From positions 576,001 to 640,000 of the forward strand of contig BK006945.2 of NCBI GenBank assembly GCA_000146045.2: DNA of 64,000 nt, written 5' to 3'. The DNA is from TPA_inf: Saccharomyces (Eukaryota). The position numbers were made by a program, and so were the translations under genes. The first letter of the stretch is position 1; each line of letters begins with the position of its first letter. Positions 21,701 to 31,424 of this stretch are shown here, piece after piece. A model generated the notes under the pieces. It worked only from the letters and a program-made list of their open reading frames with translations, was not told the DNA's origin and did not search any database.

Positions 21701-22706
21701 AATTTGCTTATTCGTTGATGATATGATATTGTTCAGCAAAGACTTAAATGCAAATAAGAAAATCATAACAACACTCAAGAAACAATACGATACAAAGATA
21801 ATAAATCTGGGTGAAAGTGATAACGAAATTCAGTACGACATACTTGGCTTAGAAATCAAATATCAAAGAGGTAAATACATGAAATTAGGTATGGAAAACT
21901 CATTAACTGAGAAAATACCCAAATTAAACGTACCTTTGAATCCAAAAGGAAGAAAACTTAGCGCTCCAGGTCAACCAGGTCTTTATATAGACCAGGATGA
22001 ACTAGAAATAGATGAAGATGAATACAAAGAGAAGGTACATGAAATGCAAAAGTTGATTGGTCTAGCTTCATATGTTGGATATAAATTTAGATTTGACTTA
22101 CTATACTACATCAACACACTTGCTCAACATATACTATTCCCCTCTAGGCAAGTTTTAGACATGACATATGAGTTAATACAATTCATGTGGGACACTAGAG
22201 ATAAACAACTGATATGGCACAAAAACAAACCTACCGAGCCAGATAATAAACTAGTCGCAATAAGCGATGCTTCATATGGTAACCAACCATATTACAAGTC
22301 ACAAATTGGTAACATTTTCCTACTCAACGGAAAAGTGATTGGAGGAAAGTCGACAAAGGCTTCGTTAACATGCACTTCAACTACAGAAGCAGAAATACAC
22401 GCAGTCAGTGAAGCTATTCCGCTATTGAATAACCTCAGTCACCTTGTGCAAGAACTTAACAAGAAACCAATTATTAAAGGCTTACTTACTGATAGTAGAT
22501 CAACGATCAGTATAATTAAGTCTACAAATGAAGAGAAATTTAGAAACAGATTTTTTGGCACAAAGGCAATGAGACTTAGAGATGAAGTATCAGGTAATAA
22601 TCTATACGTATACTACATCGAGACCAAGAAGAACATTGCTGATGTGATGACAAAACCTCTTCCGATAAAAACATTTAAACTATTAACTAACAAATGGATT
22701 CATTAG
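18744..22706 (+). CDS. TYB: Ty1 TYB Pol (protease, integrase, reverse transcriptase, RNase H), expressed as a Gag-Pol fusion via the +1 frameshift (1320 codons in the +1 frame; the fusion is about 1755 aa)
   Basis: The +1 frame stays open from 18744 to the stop at 22706 (I translated 18744–18990 by hand and found no stop). It has the integrase HHCC zinc motif (H..H...CPDC) and DDE region, RT YVDD-like [10 protein letters not shown], and a C-terminal RNase H. The track ORF start at 18987 is a TTG artefact. Confidence 0.9.
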   Translation, partial: GQELTESTVNHTNHSDDELPGHLLLDSGASRTLIRSAHHIHSASSNPDINVVDAQKRNIPINAIGDLQFHFQDNTKTSIKVLHTPNIAYDLLSLNELAAVDITACFTKNVLERSDGTVLAPIVQYGDFYWVSKRYLLPSNISVPTINNVHTSESTRKYPYPFIHRMLAHANAQTIRYSLKNNTITYFNESDVDWSSAIDYQCPDCLIGKSTKHRHIKGSRLKYQNSYEPFQYLHTDIFGPVHNLPKSAPSYFISFTDETTKFRWVYPLHDRREDSILDVFTTILAFIKNQFQASVLVIQMDRGSEYTNRTLHKFLEKNGITPCYTTTADSRAHGVAERLNRTLLDDCRTQLQCSGLPNHLWFSAIEFSTIVRNSLASPKSKKSASQHAGLAGLDISTLLPFGQPVIVNDHNPNSKIHPRGIPGYALHPSRNSYGYIIYLPSLKKTVDTTNYVILQGKESRLDQFNYDALTFDEDLNRLTASYHSFIASNEIQESNDLNIESDHDFQSDIELHPEQPRNVLSKAVSPTDSTPPSTHTEDSKPISEINLRAPREVDPNISESNILPSKKRSSTPQISNIESTGSGGMHKLNVPLLAPMSQSNTHESSHASKSKDFRHSDSYSNNETNHTNVPISSTGGTNNKTVPQISDQETEKRIIHRSPSIDASPPENNSSHNIVPIKTPTTVSEQNTEESIIADLPLPDPPPEPPTELSDSFKELPPINSRQTNSSLGGIGDSNAYTTINSKKRSLEDNETEIKVSRDTWNTKNMRSLEPPRSKKRIHLIAAAKAVKSIKPIRTTLRYDEAITYNKDIKEKEKYIEAYHKEVNQLLKMNTWDTDKYYDRKEIDPKRVINSMFIFNKKRDGTHKARFVARGDIQHPDTYDTGMQSNTVHHYALMTSLSLALDNNYYITQLDISSAYLYADIKEELYIRPPPHLGMNDKLIRLKKSHYGLKQSGANWYETIKSYLIKQCGMEEVRGWSCVFKNSQVTICLFVDDMILFSKDLNANKKIITTLKKQYDTKIINLGESDNEIQYDILGLEIKYQRGKYMKLGMENSLTEKIPKLNVPLNPKGRKLSAPGQPGLYIDQDELEIDEDEYKEKVHEMQKLIGLASYVGYKFRFDLLYYINTLAQHILFPSRQVLDMTYELIQFMWDTRDKQLIWHKNKPTEPDNKLVAISDASYGNQPYYKSQIGNIFLLNGKVIGGKSTKASLTCTSTTEAEIHAVSEAIPLLNNLSHLVQELNKKPIIKGLLTDSRSTISIIKSTNEEKFRNRFFGTKAMRLRDEVSGNNLYVYYIETKKNIADVMTKPLPIKTFKLLTNKWIH

Positions 22707-22728
22707 ATCTATTACATTATGGGTGGTA

Positions 22729-23062
22729 TGTTGGAATAGAAATCAACTATCATCTACTAACTAGTATTTACATTACTAGTATATTATCATATACGGTGTT
22801 AGAAGATGACGCAAATGATGAGAAATAGTCATCTAAATTAGTGGAAGCTGAAACGCAAGGATTGATAATGTAATAGGATCAATGAATATAAACATATAAA
22901 ATGATGATAATAATATTTATAGAATTGTGTAGAATTGCAGATTCCCTTTTATGGATTCCTAAATCCTTGAGGAGAACTTCTAGTATATTCTGTATACCTA
23001 ATATTATAGCCTTTATCAACAATGGAATCCCAACAATTATCTCAACATTCACCCATTTCTCA
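22729..23062 (+). repeat. Ty1 3' LTR (delta), 334 bp
   Basis: The TGTTGGAATAGAAATCAACTATC...CCATTTCTCA copy appears by eye to match the 5' LTR, consistent with a young insertion. Confidence 0.9.
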
Positions 23063-23067
23063 GAATA
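23063..23067. repeat. Right copy of the Ty1 target-site duplication GAATA
   Basis: See the left copy at 17140–17144. Confidence 0.85.
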
Positions 23068-23249
23068 GATGTGAACTCTTTGGTTTTCGGTCAGACTAGA
23101 CGTCAGTAAATAGTTTGAAAGCGAGAATAAAAAATAATTGTAATGGATAATGAAATGCCGTTAATTGGTAGTATTAATGAAGAATGAATATCCATCTTTT
23201 CATGCAATATAAGAGAAAAATATAAAACTGCTGAGATACGGACAAAAAT

Positions 23250-23536
23250 CACCTATGTACAAGTATTTATTTTATCATATACGGCGTAAGAAGATGACGT
23301 CAAAAATTGAGGAACAGTCATCGAATTTAATGGAAGCTGAAATGCAATGATCGATAATGTAATAGGATAATGAGTAACAACAATTAAATTGAAGAAGAAA
23401 AAATAGTGATGCTCTGTAGAGATGTCATTTCCCTTCAATGTTGCTATATTCTCCTGGCACATTAACGTATGCCCACTATTAGTGCCTTTAACAATAGAAT
23501 CCCAACAATTATTCAATTATTCACCCATAAAATCCA
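23250..23536 (+). mobile_element. Solo delta-type LTR (diverged Ty1/Ty2 family), about 290 bp, 5'-truncated or diverged at its start
   Basis: Colinear homology to delta: ...TTATCATATACGGCGTAAGAAGATGACG / GAAGCTGAAATGCAATGATCGATAATGTAATAGGATAATGA / ...AATCCCAACAATTATTCAATTATTCACCCAT. There is no adjacent coding sequence. Confidence 0.7.
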
Positions 23537-23699
23537 CCTATTTTTCAAGAAAGCATTAGATTTGCTCATTATTATTTATTATTAACATAAAAGTGCCTTT
23601 GGTAGTTACTATGTATTTAGTGTGGTGACCCGTATTCCTCATATATATAAGTAGCTACCACATTATGTTCAATCAATATATCTTTAACTCAGCTCAGCA

Positions 23700-23990
23700 T
23701 TGTCTGAATTGCTCGCTTAAGTTTTTATCCTGTGATTAGTGCATTTACACATAAACGTATACCGGGTGTACCTCAATATACTATGTAAACATTTAAATTG
23801 TTACCATAACAACTCATGTTATTATTAATGATCACTTGACAACATATAAAAACGAAAGAAGAAATAATAATACTACTATGTATAAGTATCCATTTCCTTT
23901 TGTGGATTCCTCAAAATGGCCAGTATATTCGGAAGTAACATAATGTAGTTATTCATCGATGAGGTTCACATTCTGTAGCACTGACCCATC
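23700..23990 (+). mobile_element. Degenerate LTR-like remnant (delta-related, internally deleted)
   Basis: Blocks resemble the 3' half of delta in the same order: ...AACATATAAAAACG..AATAATAATACTAC..TCCATTTCCTTTTGTGGATTCCTCAAAATGG..AGTATATTCGGAAGTA... compared with delta ...AACATATAAAATGATGATAATAATATT..GATTCCCTTTTATGGATTCCTAAATCC..AGTATATTCTGTATACC. The boundaries are uncertain. Confidence 0.35.
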
Positions 23991-24018
23991 GAAAGAAAAG
24001 AGTTTATATTTTGATAAA

Positions 24019-26463
24019 TTACATAAAAGCTGAAAAGTTTGTAGTGGTCATAGAAGGTAACCCACCTCCTAAGAAATCCAGCATCATATGCATACCACCA
24101 CCTCCACTATACTCATCAACATCCTGTGGTAAAACCTGTGATACGCTATCCAAGAACCACACTTTGTCCTTTATTTCTGTGGTATAACCTCTCAATAATG
24201 TATAGTAAGACCTCATTATTCTCATGGCCCCTAGGTCGCCTGTCATTAATAATGCTAAAAAAGTCCTATCCAAAAGAGCAGGAAATGAGAAGACTCTCAA
24301 CATAAAATCTAATTGATTTTTTTCGCGATGCAGTTTGTCCAAATATGCTAAAGTTATCAAGTACGGTGAATCAATTTCTACGGGATATAAATCTGCTATA
24401 CTTTCGTCAAAGCATACGAGTTCCGATATCGTATTATTGTTATTTCCATCACCATTATTGCTATTGTCATTATCATTATTATGATTACTTTGGTTGATTA
24501 CAGCTTCACCCAAATCACTCAAGTCAACAGAAATTAAGTTATAAAACTTGGATGTCTCCGACAGGGGCCATACAGCAGTTAGTATAGTTACGGCGCCTTT
24601 AACATGGAAAATCCATGCCGTTGGTGAGCTGCTTGAAGCATTTGCCAATGAATCTAGGATTAATATTAGAGCACTAGCCACCAAAGCATCTGTGTTATCA
24701 TCTGAAATTTCGAGCACAGCCTCTCTTAACAGTCTCAACGCTTCTAAACGATGACTAGACACGTAGTTATCCAAGCCGGCTTCAGTTCTGGACAAATGAG
24801 TGGCGCTAAAAGCCAAAATTGTATGCATCAAGAAGGGAAAATGAAAAGCCAAATCCGGAATATAAGTGCTCCATACTTCAGGACCAGAAATGCCTGCTTC
24901 GGTTATGGTATGCCATACGTCAGTACAATAGTGATGAAAAAGTTTTAGATCTATCAAATTCAAATTTGATTTTCTAGACAGCCCGACTAATTCAGGGACT
25001 AGTCGTGAGGCTGATGAAGCGTTTGAATGGGGAGAAGATTGTTGTTGAGTGTGAGAATTTGATGAACGTGGAGACAATGCCTCCGAGTTGGATAACAGGT
25101 CACCCATTGGGGACGTCTTCAAAGTAGGAGAATTTCCCAAAGCGGTCCTGTTGTCCGGTATAGATAACAATGACTTTGTAGAGGTTACATTGGATACTCC
25201 CGTTGAAGGGGACGCAATGTTTTGATCTATGGAAGGTTTGGACAACGTGTGTGGGGGACTGATTGTGAGACCGGTATTGTCGATTATCAAGTTTTTGTTA
25301 TGAGATAGTATATCAGAAGCAGTAACTTTATTTTCGTTTCCGTTAAGGGGGTTATTGCCCGAATTAACAGCATCCGTCTTAGTATTATCCAATGGGTTCT
25401 TCGTAAATTGCTTGTTTTTGTCCTCCTGTTCCTGTTGCATATTTGCGAGTGCCTCCTCTGCTGTGCTAACTTTGATTGCTCTGTTATTAGATGTAGCAAA
25501 CTTTCCGAGGCCAAATAACTCTTGAAACTCAGAGGCCATTCCATTTGCAGCACCGTATGGAAATAATGTATTGAAGCTCTTCATATTGAAGTTCAAGCCC
25601 ATCTTGTTCAATTGCGCTAGCTGGTCGAAGGGAATATTGCTGAAGGGGGACTGTGTTCCTTGTTGTTGTGGAATTTGCTGATTTTGTTGTTGAAGTTGTG
25701 GCTGCTGCAATCCATTCGTCACCGAATTTAGCCTACCAGGCGAGAGTAAGCCGTTAAGGCTACTTGATAAATTCATGGCCGTTGATTGAAAACTAGGTGT
25801 TATCGGTATACTCAATGGCGAATTCCCTGGTAGGGCCATGTTTGGGTGGTTGTTGTTTATCATTGAACTGGGAGCTGTTTGTGTTATATTATTATGCGCT
25901 TCAGCTCCATTTGCACTGCTGTTGGTACTGTTACTGGTGTTATTCACTAAACTCGCTAATAGGTGCGGTAACAAAAGATTCTCCATATTATTGGATACGG
26001 ATGGAGGAACGCTATTAGGGGAATTGCTTTGTTCATCAGTACCAACATGTGGCAACAGTTGCTGCTGTAACTGAACTTGCTGTTGTTGACGAAATTGCTG
26101 TTCTTGTTGATGATGAAGTTGCTGTTGTTGTTGTTGTAACATGATGGCATTGTCACTCAGATTTTTCTTGCCTACCCTATCGTGGACCGCTGATGCAAAT
26201 TTTGACGACGAAGAATCTTTTCTTCTTCTTGGCTGAATAGGGCTGTAAACACAGTCCAATTTCATGTTTGTACATTTCTTGCAAAATGGTTTGCCTTCAT
26301 CACATTTTACTCTTCTTCTTTTACAATTGTCGCAACCGGTCTTGGACTTGTTATGAAACTTCCGTTTCCCTGTCGAAGTCTTGCTCACTTTCTTGCCCCC
26401 AACCTCAATCAGTTCAGCATCCTTCTCTCTTTCTTGTCCAGCATTCCCATCATCGGATGTCAT
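24019..26463 (-). CDS. ECM22: Zn(II)2Cys6 zinc-cluster sterol-regulatory transcription factor (814 aa)
   Basis: N-terminal [28 protein letters not shown] binuclear zinc cluster, long poly-Gln tracts and a conserved C-terminal regulatory domain. Length of 814 aa and position match YLR228C (its paralog UPC2 lies elsewhere). Confidence 0.85.
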
Positions 26464-28211
26464 GTTATGTTAGATGGAGATCTATGGATAAACGAAATAT
26501 AAACCTTAAATGAAAAAAACCGTCGACTTAACTCCTCTATATTATGTAAAGGCGAAATGTTATTTGTGCCTTTGAAAAGTGGAGGTCTTGGTTGCTTCTC
26601 CTTCGACGATAATCGATTTCGGTGACTAGTTAGTAGATGATGTAATCGTAGACGCAGGGAACCCTTGCTTTTCCCCAATCGTAACAAAAAAAAACAAGGG
26701 GAAATAAACTATTAGATAGTACGAGTTCGTTAAGTTAAAAAAAAGGCTATAAAAGTCGAAGAACGAATGATTACGACCAACATCTATTGTTCAAACTTGC
26801 CTTCGTTGAGTTTATCGAACGCGCTCGTTTAAATTTTTCCGACAAGAACGAGGAACGAGTCACCAATTACGTTTTCGGCTCTGTCGGTTGCAGGATCTGT
26901 AAAAGCGATATAGATACACACGTCAGCATGAAGCTCTTATGATTTGGCGAGTAGTGTTAGTACGTTAAATGCTACGACTCGGCATATACTGTGCTCGTTT
27001 TTATCAGTTTCATCCGAGGATTGTAGCCTTTTTTTTTCATTTGTTGATGTTTCTCTAGTATTTTCCGTCTTGTAGTGGTTTCGGGTATGTTGAACATAAA
27101 CATTAAAAAAGACGATTAAATAAACTTGAGTTTGTACAAAGGAAAGCTGTAGTCATAGAGTATTTAGAAAAAAAAGCAGCCACAGTTTACATGAAGATGT
27201 GACCAATGAGGAGGCATCGGTTTGCCTTTGAATCTCAATCGCTTGAAAATTGAGTTCTTTTCGAATGATGACACCTCCGAGAAATGGCATTTCTATGCTA
27301 GCGCCACTCTACCCTTTCAAACGTCCGTACTCATATGAAGTTTCATCCTTCACGCAGCGATCTAAAAAGTTGTAAAAAAAAATACATTTAGGCCTAGCTA
27401 TATATGCTACTATGTATCATTCAGTGAAATGGCTGAGGTTATATAAAATACTGGGAGGTCGTTTTTACGCTAAAGCAGACCTTGCGGATCTTTTCCTGTA
27501 GAATATATTTGTAGCATAAGTCCAATTTTACGGGCGCATTTTCAAAATCAAGGTGATATTGACATATTTTGAAGAGCACCCAATGGGCTAGCTGCAAGAA
27601 CAAAGAGACCAGAAAGCCTAGAATTAAATGCCAGAAAAATGGAAATTTATTCTAGACAAAAATTGTTCGGCACCTCTACAGACGTTTAACGAACCTGGTC
27701 CGGCCTTTGAGGCGATCAAAAAAAGGCCCATTTTTGTGTTCCGCGTAATTGGTTTGCGCCTTTCCATGGAGCTTGGTGGGCGACATTCTCAAACTGGTTT
27801 CCTGATACATCATGCACGCCCGTAAAGGGTTTAAGTATTGATTGCTAGCCTGAATGTTTCATATGCATACCGTGTCTATGCAACGAATATATTTCAGAAA
27901 AAAGCACGAAAGCCAAATTTTTGATGTTAAGAGGTGTTTTTGCCCGTAAACGGAGAAGACGTGGTAGGACTCGCAAATGTCGCGTTTAGCGTTGAAGAAC
28001 ATGGAAGTATTGAACGTTTGGGGCTTGACGGCTCGACTTTTTTGCACTACTCCGCCTTGAACAGACGGATGATCCTGGCGCAAGAAACAAAGAGAATCAA
28101 CTCTGAGCAAAGCGAAAAAATGAAATACAACGATAATAAAAGGATAGGAAGGTGTATATATAAGTTAATTTTAGATATAGATTAAGAAAAGATGGGCATA
28201 TACTAATATGA

Positions 28212-28787
28212 CTACAAAATTGCACATTTTTTACTTTTCTTGATAACAGGAGGCTCCAAGGCGGCCACGATAGCTTCATCGAATACATTCTTCAAACCGC
28301 GTTGTGTTAGTGCCGAACACTCGACATATTTTACTGCTTTCAGTTCTCTTGCTAACCTGGAACCTTGTTCTGATGTAATCGGACGTAATCTTTGTCTTTG
28401 CAACTTCTCGATGATTACCTTGTCATCCCTTAGATCAATCTGCGTACCGACGACCAGGCATGGTACACCTGGACAATGGTGATGTACTTCAGGGAACCAT
28501 TTTTCTTTAACGTTTTCAAAAGAGGGTGGGGAAATAACACTGAAACAAACCAAAAATACATCAGTAGAAGGATATGACAAGGGTCTCAATCGATCGTAAT
28601 CTTCTTGACCGGCCGTATCAAACAAACCTAACGTATATGGTTCATCACCAATCATCACAGTCACCGCATAGTTATCGAACACTGTTGGAACATAGTCGGC
28701 TGGAAATTGATTCGTTGTATAGGAGATTAGAAGGCACGTTTTCCCAACAGCACCATCACCGACAACAACACACTTTAGCGTTTGCAT
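28212..28787 (-). CDS. CDC42: Rho-family GTPase Cdc42 (191 aa)
   Basis: [29 protein letters not shown]...[16 protein letters not shown]...C-terminal CAIL CAAX box. This is the unmistakable Cdc42 sequence. Confidence 0.97.
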   Translation of the reverse strand: MQTLKCVVVGDGAVGKTCLLISYTTNQFPADYVPTVFDNYAVTVMIGDEPYTLGLFDTAGQEDYDRLRPLSYPSTDVFLVCFSVISPPSFENVKEKWFPEVHHHCPGVPCLVVGTQIDLRDDKVIIEKLQRQRLRPITSEQGSRLARELKAVKYVECSALTQRGLKNVFDEAIVAALEPPVIKKSKKCAIL

Positions 28788-29299
28788 TTTGTGGAAGAGC
28801 TAATACGTTTATTTCTTGTTTTATAAGTTTTGCTTCTCTAATTCGTTTGTTAACCTATCTCCTCAGGAAAATAGAATAGTATAATAAATAACGAATATAA
28901 TTTTTTGCGACAAAGGAAACCTATTGCAAAAAGTGAAGAATGACAGAGAAGGATAATCAGTATATCTCGGTACACCTGGAACCTATTTATCAAAACGCTG
29001 CTCTTGCCTTTTCCAAGAATCGCGTCTATCATCGATCAATCAACCTTGTTTGCTTTTTTTTATCACTTTTTCCCGTATCTTGTTTCATTTGGAAGGGCCC
29101 AATGGAAGCAGTATTACCCGTATTGAATGACCCTTGAATCGACGGTGGAAGACATCTTTAATGCGATGTTTAGAAGACAATGTGCCGTATTTACCTGTAT
29201 ATGTGGATTATCTAACAGTCTACAATACAAAATTAGGTGTAACGTAGCTACAACAGTTGATAGAAATAATGCAACTTTTTTTAAAAAAAAAAGAGAAAG

Positions 29300-29432
29300 T
29301 GCTCGAGGTGGGGATTGAACCCACGACGGTCGCGTTGCTTTTAAAGGCCTGTTTGAAAGGTCTTTGGCACAGAAACTTCGGAAACCGAATGTTGCTATAA
29401 GCACGAAGCTCTAACCACTGAGCTACACGAGC
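29300..29432 (-). tRNA. tI(UAU): tRNA-Ile (anticodon UAU) with a roughly 60-nt intron
   Basis: The reverse complement reads GCTCGTGTAGCTCAGTGGTTAGAGCTTCGTGCTTAT[AGCAACATTCGGTTTCCGAAGTTTCTGTGCCAAAGACCTTTCAAACAGGCCTTTAAAAGC]AACGCGACCGTCGTGGGTTCAATCCCCACCTCGAGCA. It has an A box TAGCTCAGTGG and a B box GGTTCAATCC. Confidence 0.85.
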
Positions 29433-29757
29433 ATTTTCGAAAGAGACGTAAATTAAATTGTTATTTATACCGTAGATGATTGTTTTTCACGAAATTACCC
29501 TTTTGAGTTCCGGCTTGTTTCGTTCAACAGTACTACCACTGATAAGTTAGCTTCATTATTGGAAGAAGGTTGATAAATGAAAGAAGATTCACGACTATGC
29601 ACGGCAACTGGTAAGTAATACACGGGCCCAGATATTTATTTTAATTCTTGGAAAGAAAGTATAAATTTATAGGTTCGCTATCAGTAAGTATACGAATTTC
29701 AAACTACGTCATATATAATATCCAAAAGAAGATGAAGGCGATGCGGTCACTCTAGGA

Positions 29758-31119
29758 CTACAACTTATCCATCGCCTCATTTAGTGCATTCACCGCAATG
29801 TATACATCTGAAAATGTATTATATAAGGGAGCAGGAGCCAATCTAATTACGTTTGGTCTTCTTGCATCGCCAATGACACCATGGTCATGCAAATATTGGA
29901 AAACTTTGGGCATAATATCCTCTTTTCCAGTGTCAGAATCGAAGTAAAGTGACAATTGGGCGCCATGTTCTTCATCTGTGCTTGTTGGAGTTAATATTGT
30001 AAAAAAACATGGTAATTTCTCGATCCTTAAAGGGTGTTTGTAATACTTGGAGGCTTCCAACAGTTCCGTCATATAGTTCGTCAGCAACAACGATCTTTTA
30101 CGAACTTCATTAATACCATTAAACTTCGCAAATAATTCCAATGAACTTCTCAATGCCACTGTGTCAATAACGCTTGGATTAGATTGCCTGAATCCCAATG
30201 CTCCTGGAATCGGCTCGAATACTTCCAGCATTTGAAATCGCTTAGCAGGATCATTGCCCCACCAACCAGCTAATCTTGGCAAACTTTCCTTAGCAGGGTC
30301 TGGTTTAGTATGCTTCGAGTGGACAAATAAGCCACCAATTCCACCAGGCCCGGCATTCAAGTACTTGTAAGAACACCAACAGGCAAAGTCAACACCCCAA
30401 TCATGAAGTTGCAATGGGACGTTCCCTACAGCGTGTGCTAAATCCCATCCAACCAATATGTCGGGGAATTGGTGGGCAAATGAGGTGATTCGGCCAATAT
30501 CGAAATATTGCCCCGTGTAATACTGAACACCTGACAAACAGACCAGCGCCAATTCATCTTGATTTACCTCTATGGTATCCAGGATATCTTGAGTTCTGAT
30601 ATAAGTCTCTCCCTCGCGTGGCTCGATCTGAATAAAAACATTCTCAGGTTCCGAAATTCCATGAATTTTGCACTGGTTGTAGAAAGCATAATAGTCTGAT
30701 GGAAAGGAGCCCTTTTCAAAAAGGATCTTGAATCTTTTCTCAGTAGGTTTATAAAACGTAATTAACAATGAATTCAAATTTGCAGTGAGACTATTCATTA
30801 CTGCAACTTCATTTTCTTGAGCACCCACGATGGGGGCTAGTAGTGGAAGAATAGGTAAGTCAATGCTGACCCAAGGCACCTTTCCTCTGGCTTCTTCAGG
30901 ATGTTTGAAATGCGATTCCACAGCACAATCGCTCCACGCATCTAGCTCAGCATTAATTGAATTCCTAGTTGACTTCGGCATCAAACCTAAAGAATTCCCG
31001 CATAAGTACGTCACAGGCTTATCGTCGGACGATAGTCCCATGGATTTAAATGTAGGGATGTTGAATTCATCCCTCAGAGATTCCGGATATTCTCCGTCTA
31101 ATTCCAAAGCTTTCTCCAT
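29758..31119 (-). CDS. BNA5: Kynureninase (PLP-dependent; NAD biosynthesis from tryptophan), 453 aa
   Basis: The track ORF extends to GTG 31146; the first ATG is at 31119 (MEKALELDGEY...). Class-V aminotransferase/kynureninase fold with the PLP-lysine region ...CWCSYKYLNAGPGGIGG. Confidence 0.85.
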   Translation of the reverse strand: MEKALELDGEYPESLRDEFNIPTFKSMGLSSDDKPVTYLCGNSLGLMPKSTRNSINAELDAWSDCAVESHFKHPEEARGKVPWVSIDLPILPLLAPIVGAQENEVAVMNSLTANLNSLLITFYKPTEKRFKILFEKGSFPSDYYAFYNQCKIHGISEPENVFIQIEPREGETYIRTQDILDTIEVNQDELALVCLSGVQYYTGQYFDIGRITSFAHQFPDILVGWDLAHAVGNVPLQLHDWGVDFACWCSYKYLNAGPGGIGGLFVHSKHTKPDPAKESLPRLAGWWGNDPAKRFQMLEVFEPIPGALGFRQSNPSVIDTVALRSSLELFAKFNGINEVRKRSLLLTNYMTELLEASKYYKHPLRIEKLPCFFTILTPTSTDEEHGAQLSLYFDSDTGKEDIMPKVFQYLHDHGVIGDARRPNVIRLAPAPLYNTFSDVYIAVNALNEAMDKL

Positions 31120-31424
31120 AATTACCAGTTTGTTTCTTTTTTCCACAGAATATTTAGGCTTAATATGTACGTATTGACAGCATATATATTTGCTGTCTTG
31201 AATTTATTATGCTAATAAATAATTATGTTTTTCAAGCGCAGTCACCTATTTCCAAAGCGATGGGTTTGTCCGTGCCGTAGACGGCATCCCGTCGTTTTAA
31301 TAACCGTTATAAAAACCGCCCCCATATTTTCGTGGGTTGACGACGACAGGCGTGGACGACGTTAATTGACGTCGTCATAATATATTTCATATTATGATTT
31401 TTTCCCTCACCATTACTTGTTCTC

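Larger units (their letters stand above)
17145..23062 (+). mobile_element. Full-length Ty1 LTR retrotransposon (copia-like), 5918 bp, apparently intact
   Basis: Identical 334-bp direct LTRs (TGTTGGAATAGAAATC...CCATTTCTCA) flank a 440-aa Gag ORF and a Pol ORF in the +1 frame. They are bounded by the 5-bp duplication GAATA. Gag begins [10 protein letters not shown]..., which is Ty1, not Ty2. Confidence 0.95.

Noticed and set aside
27080-27100. Possible ARS consensus match (AACATAAACATT) in the ECM22–CDC42 interval
   Set aside because: It does not satisfy WTTTAYRTTTW on either strand when aligned carefully. I saw no B-element context, so there is insufficient evidence.
28240-28482. 80-aa plus-strand ORF antisense within CDC42
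   Set aside because: It is fully embedded antisense in a highly conserved gene and is almost certainly non-coding.
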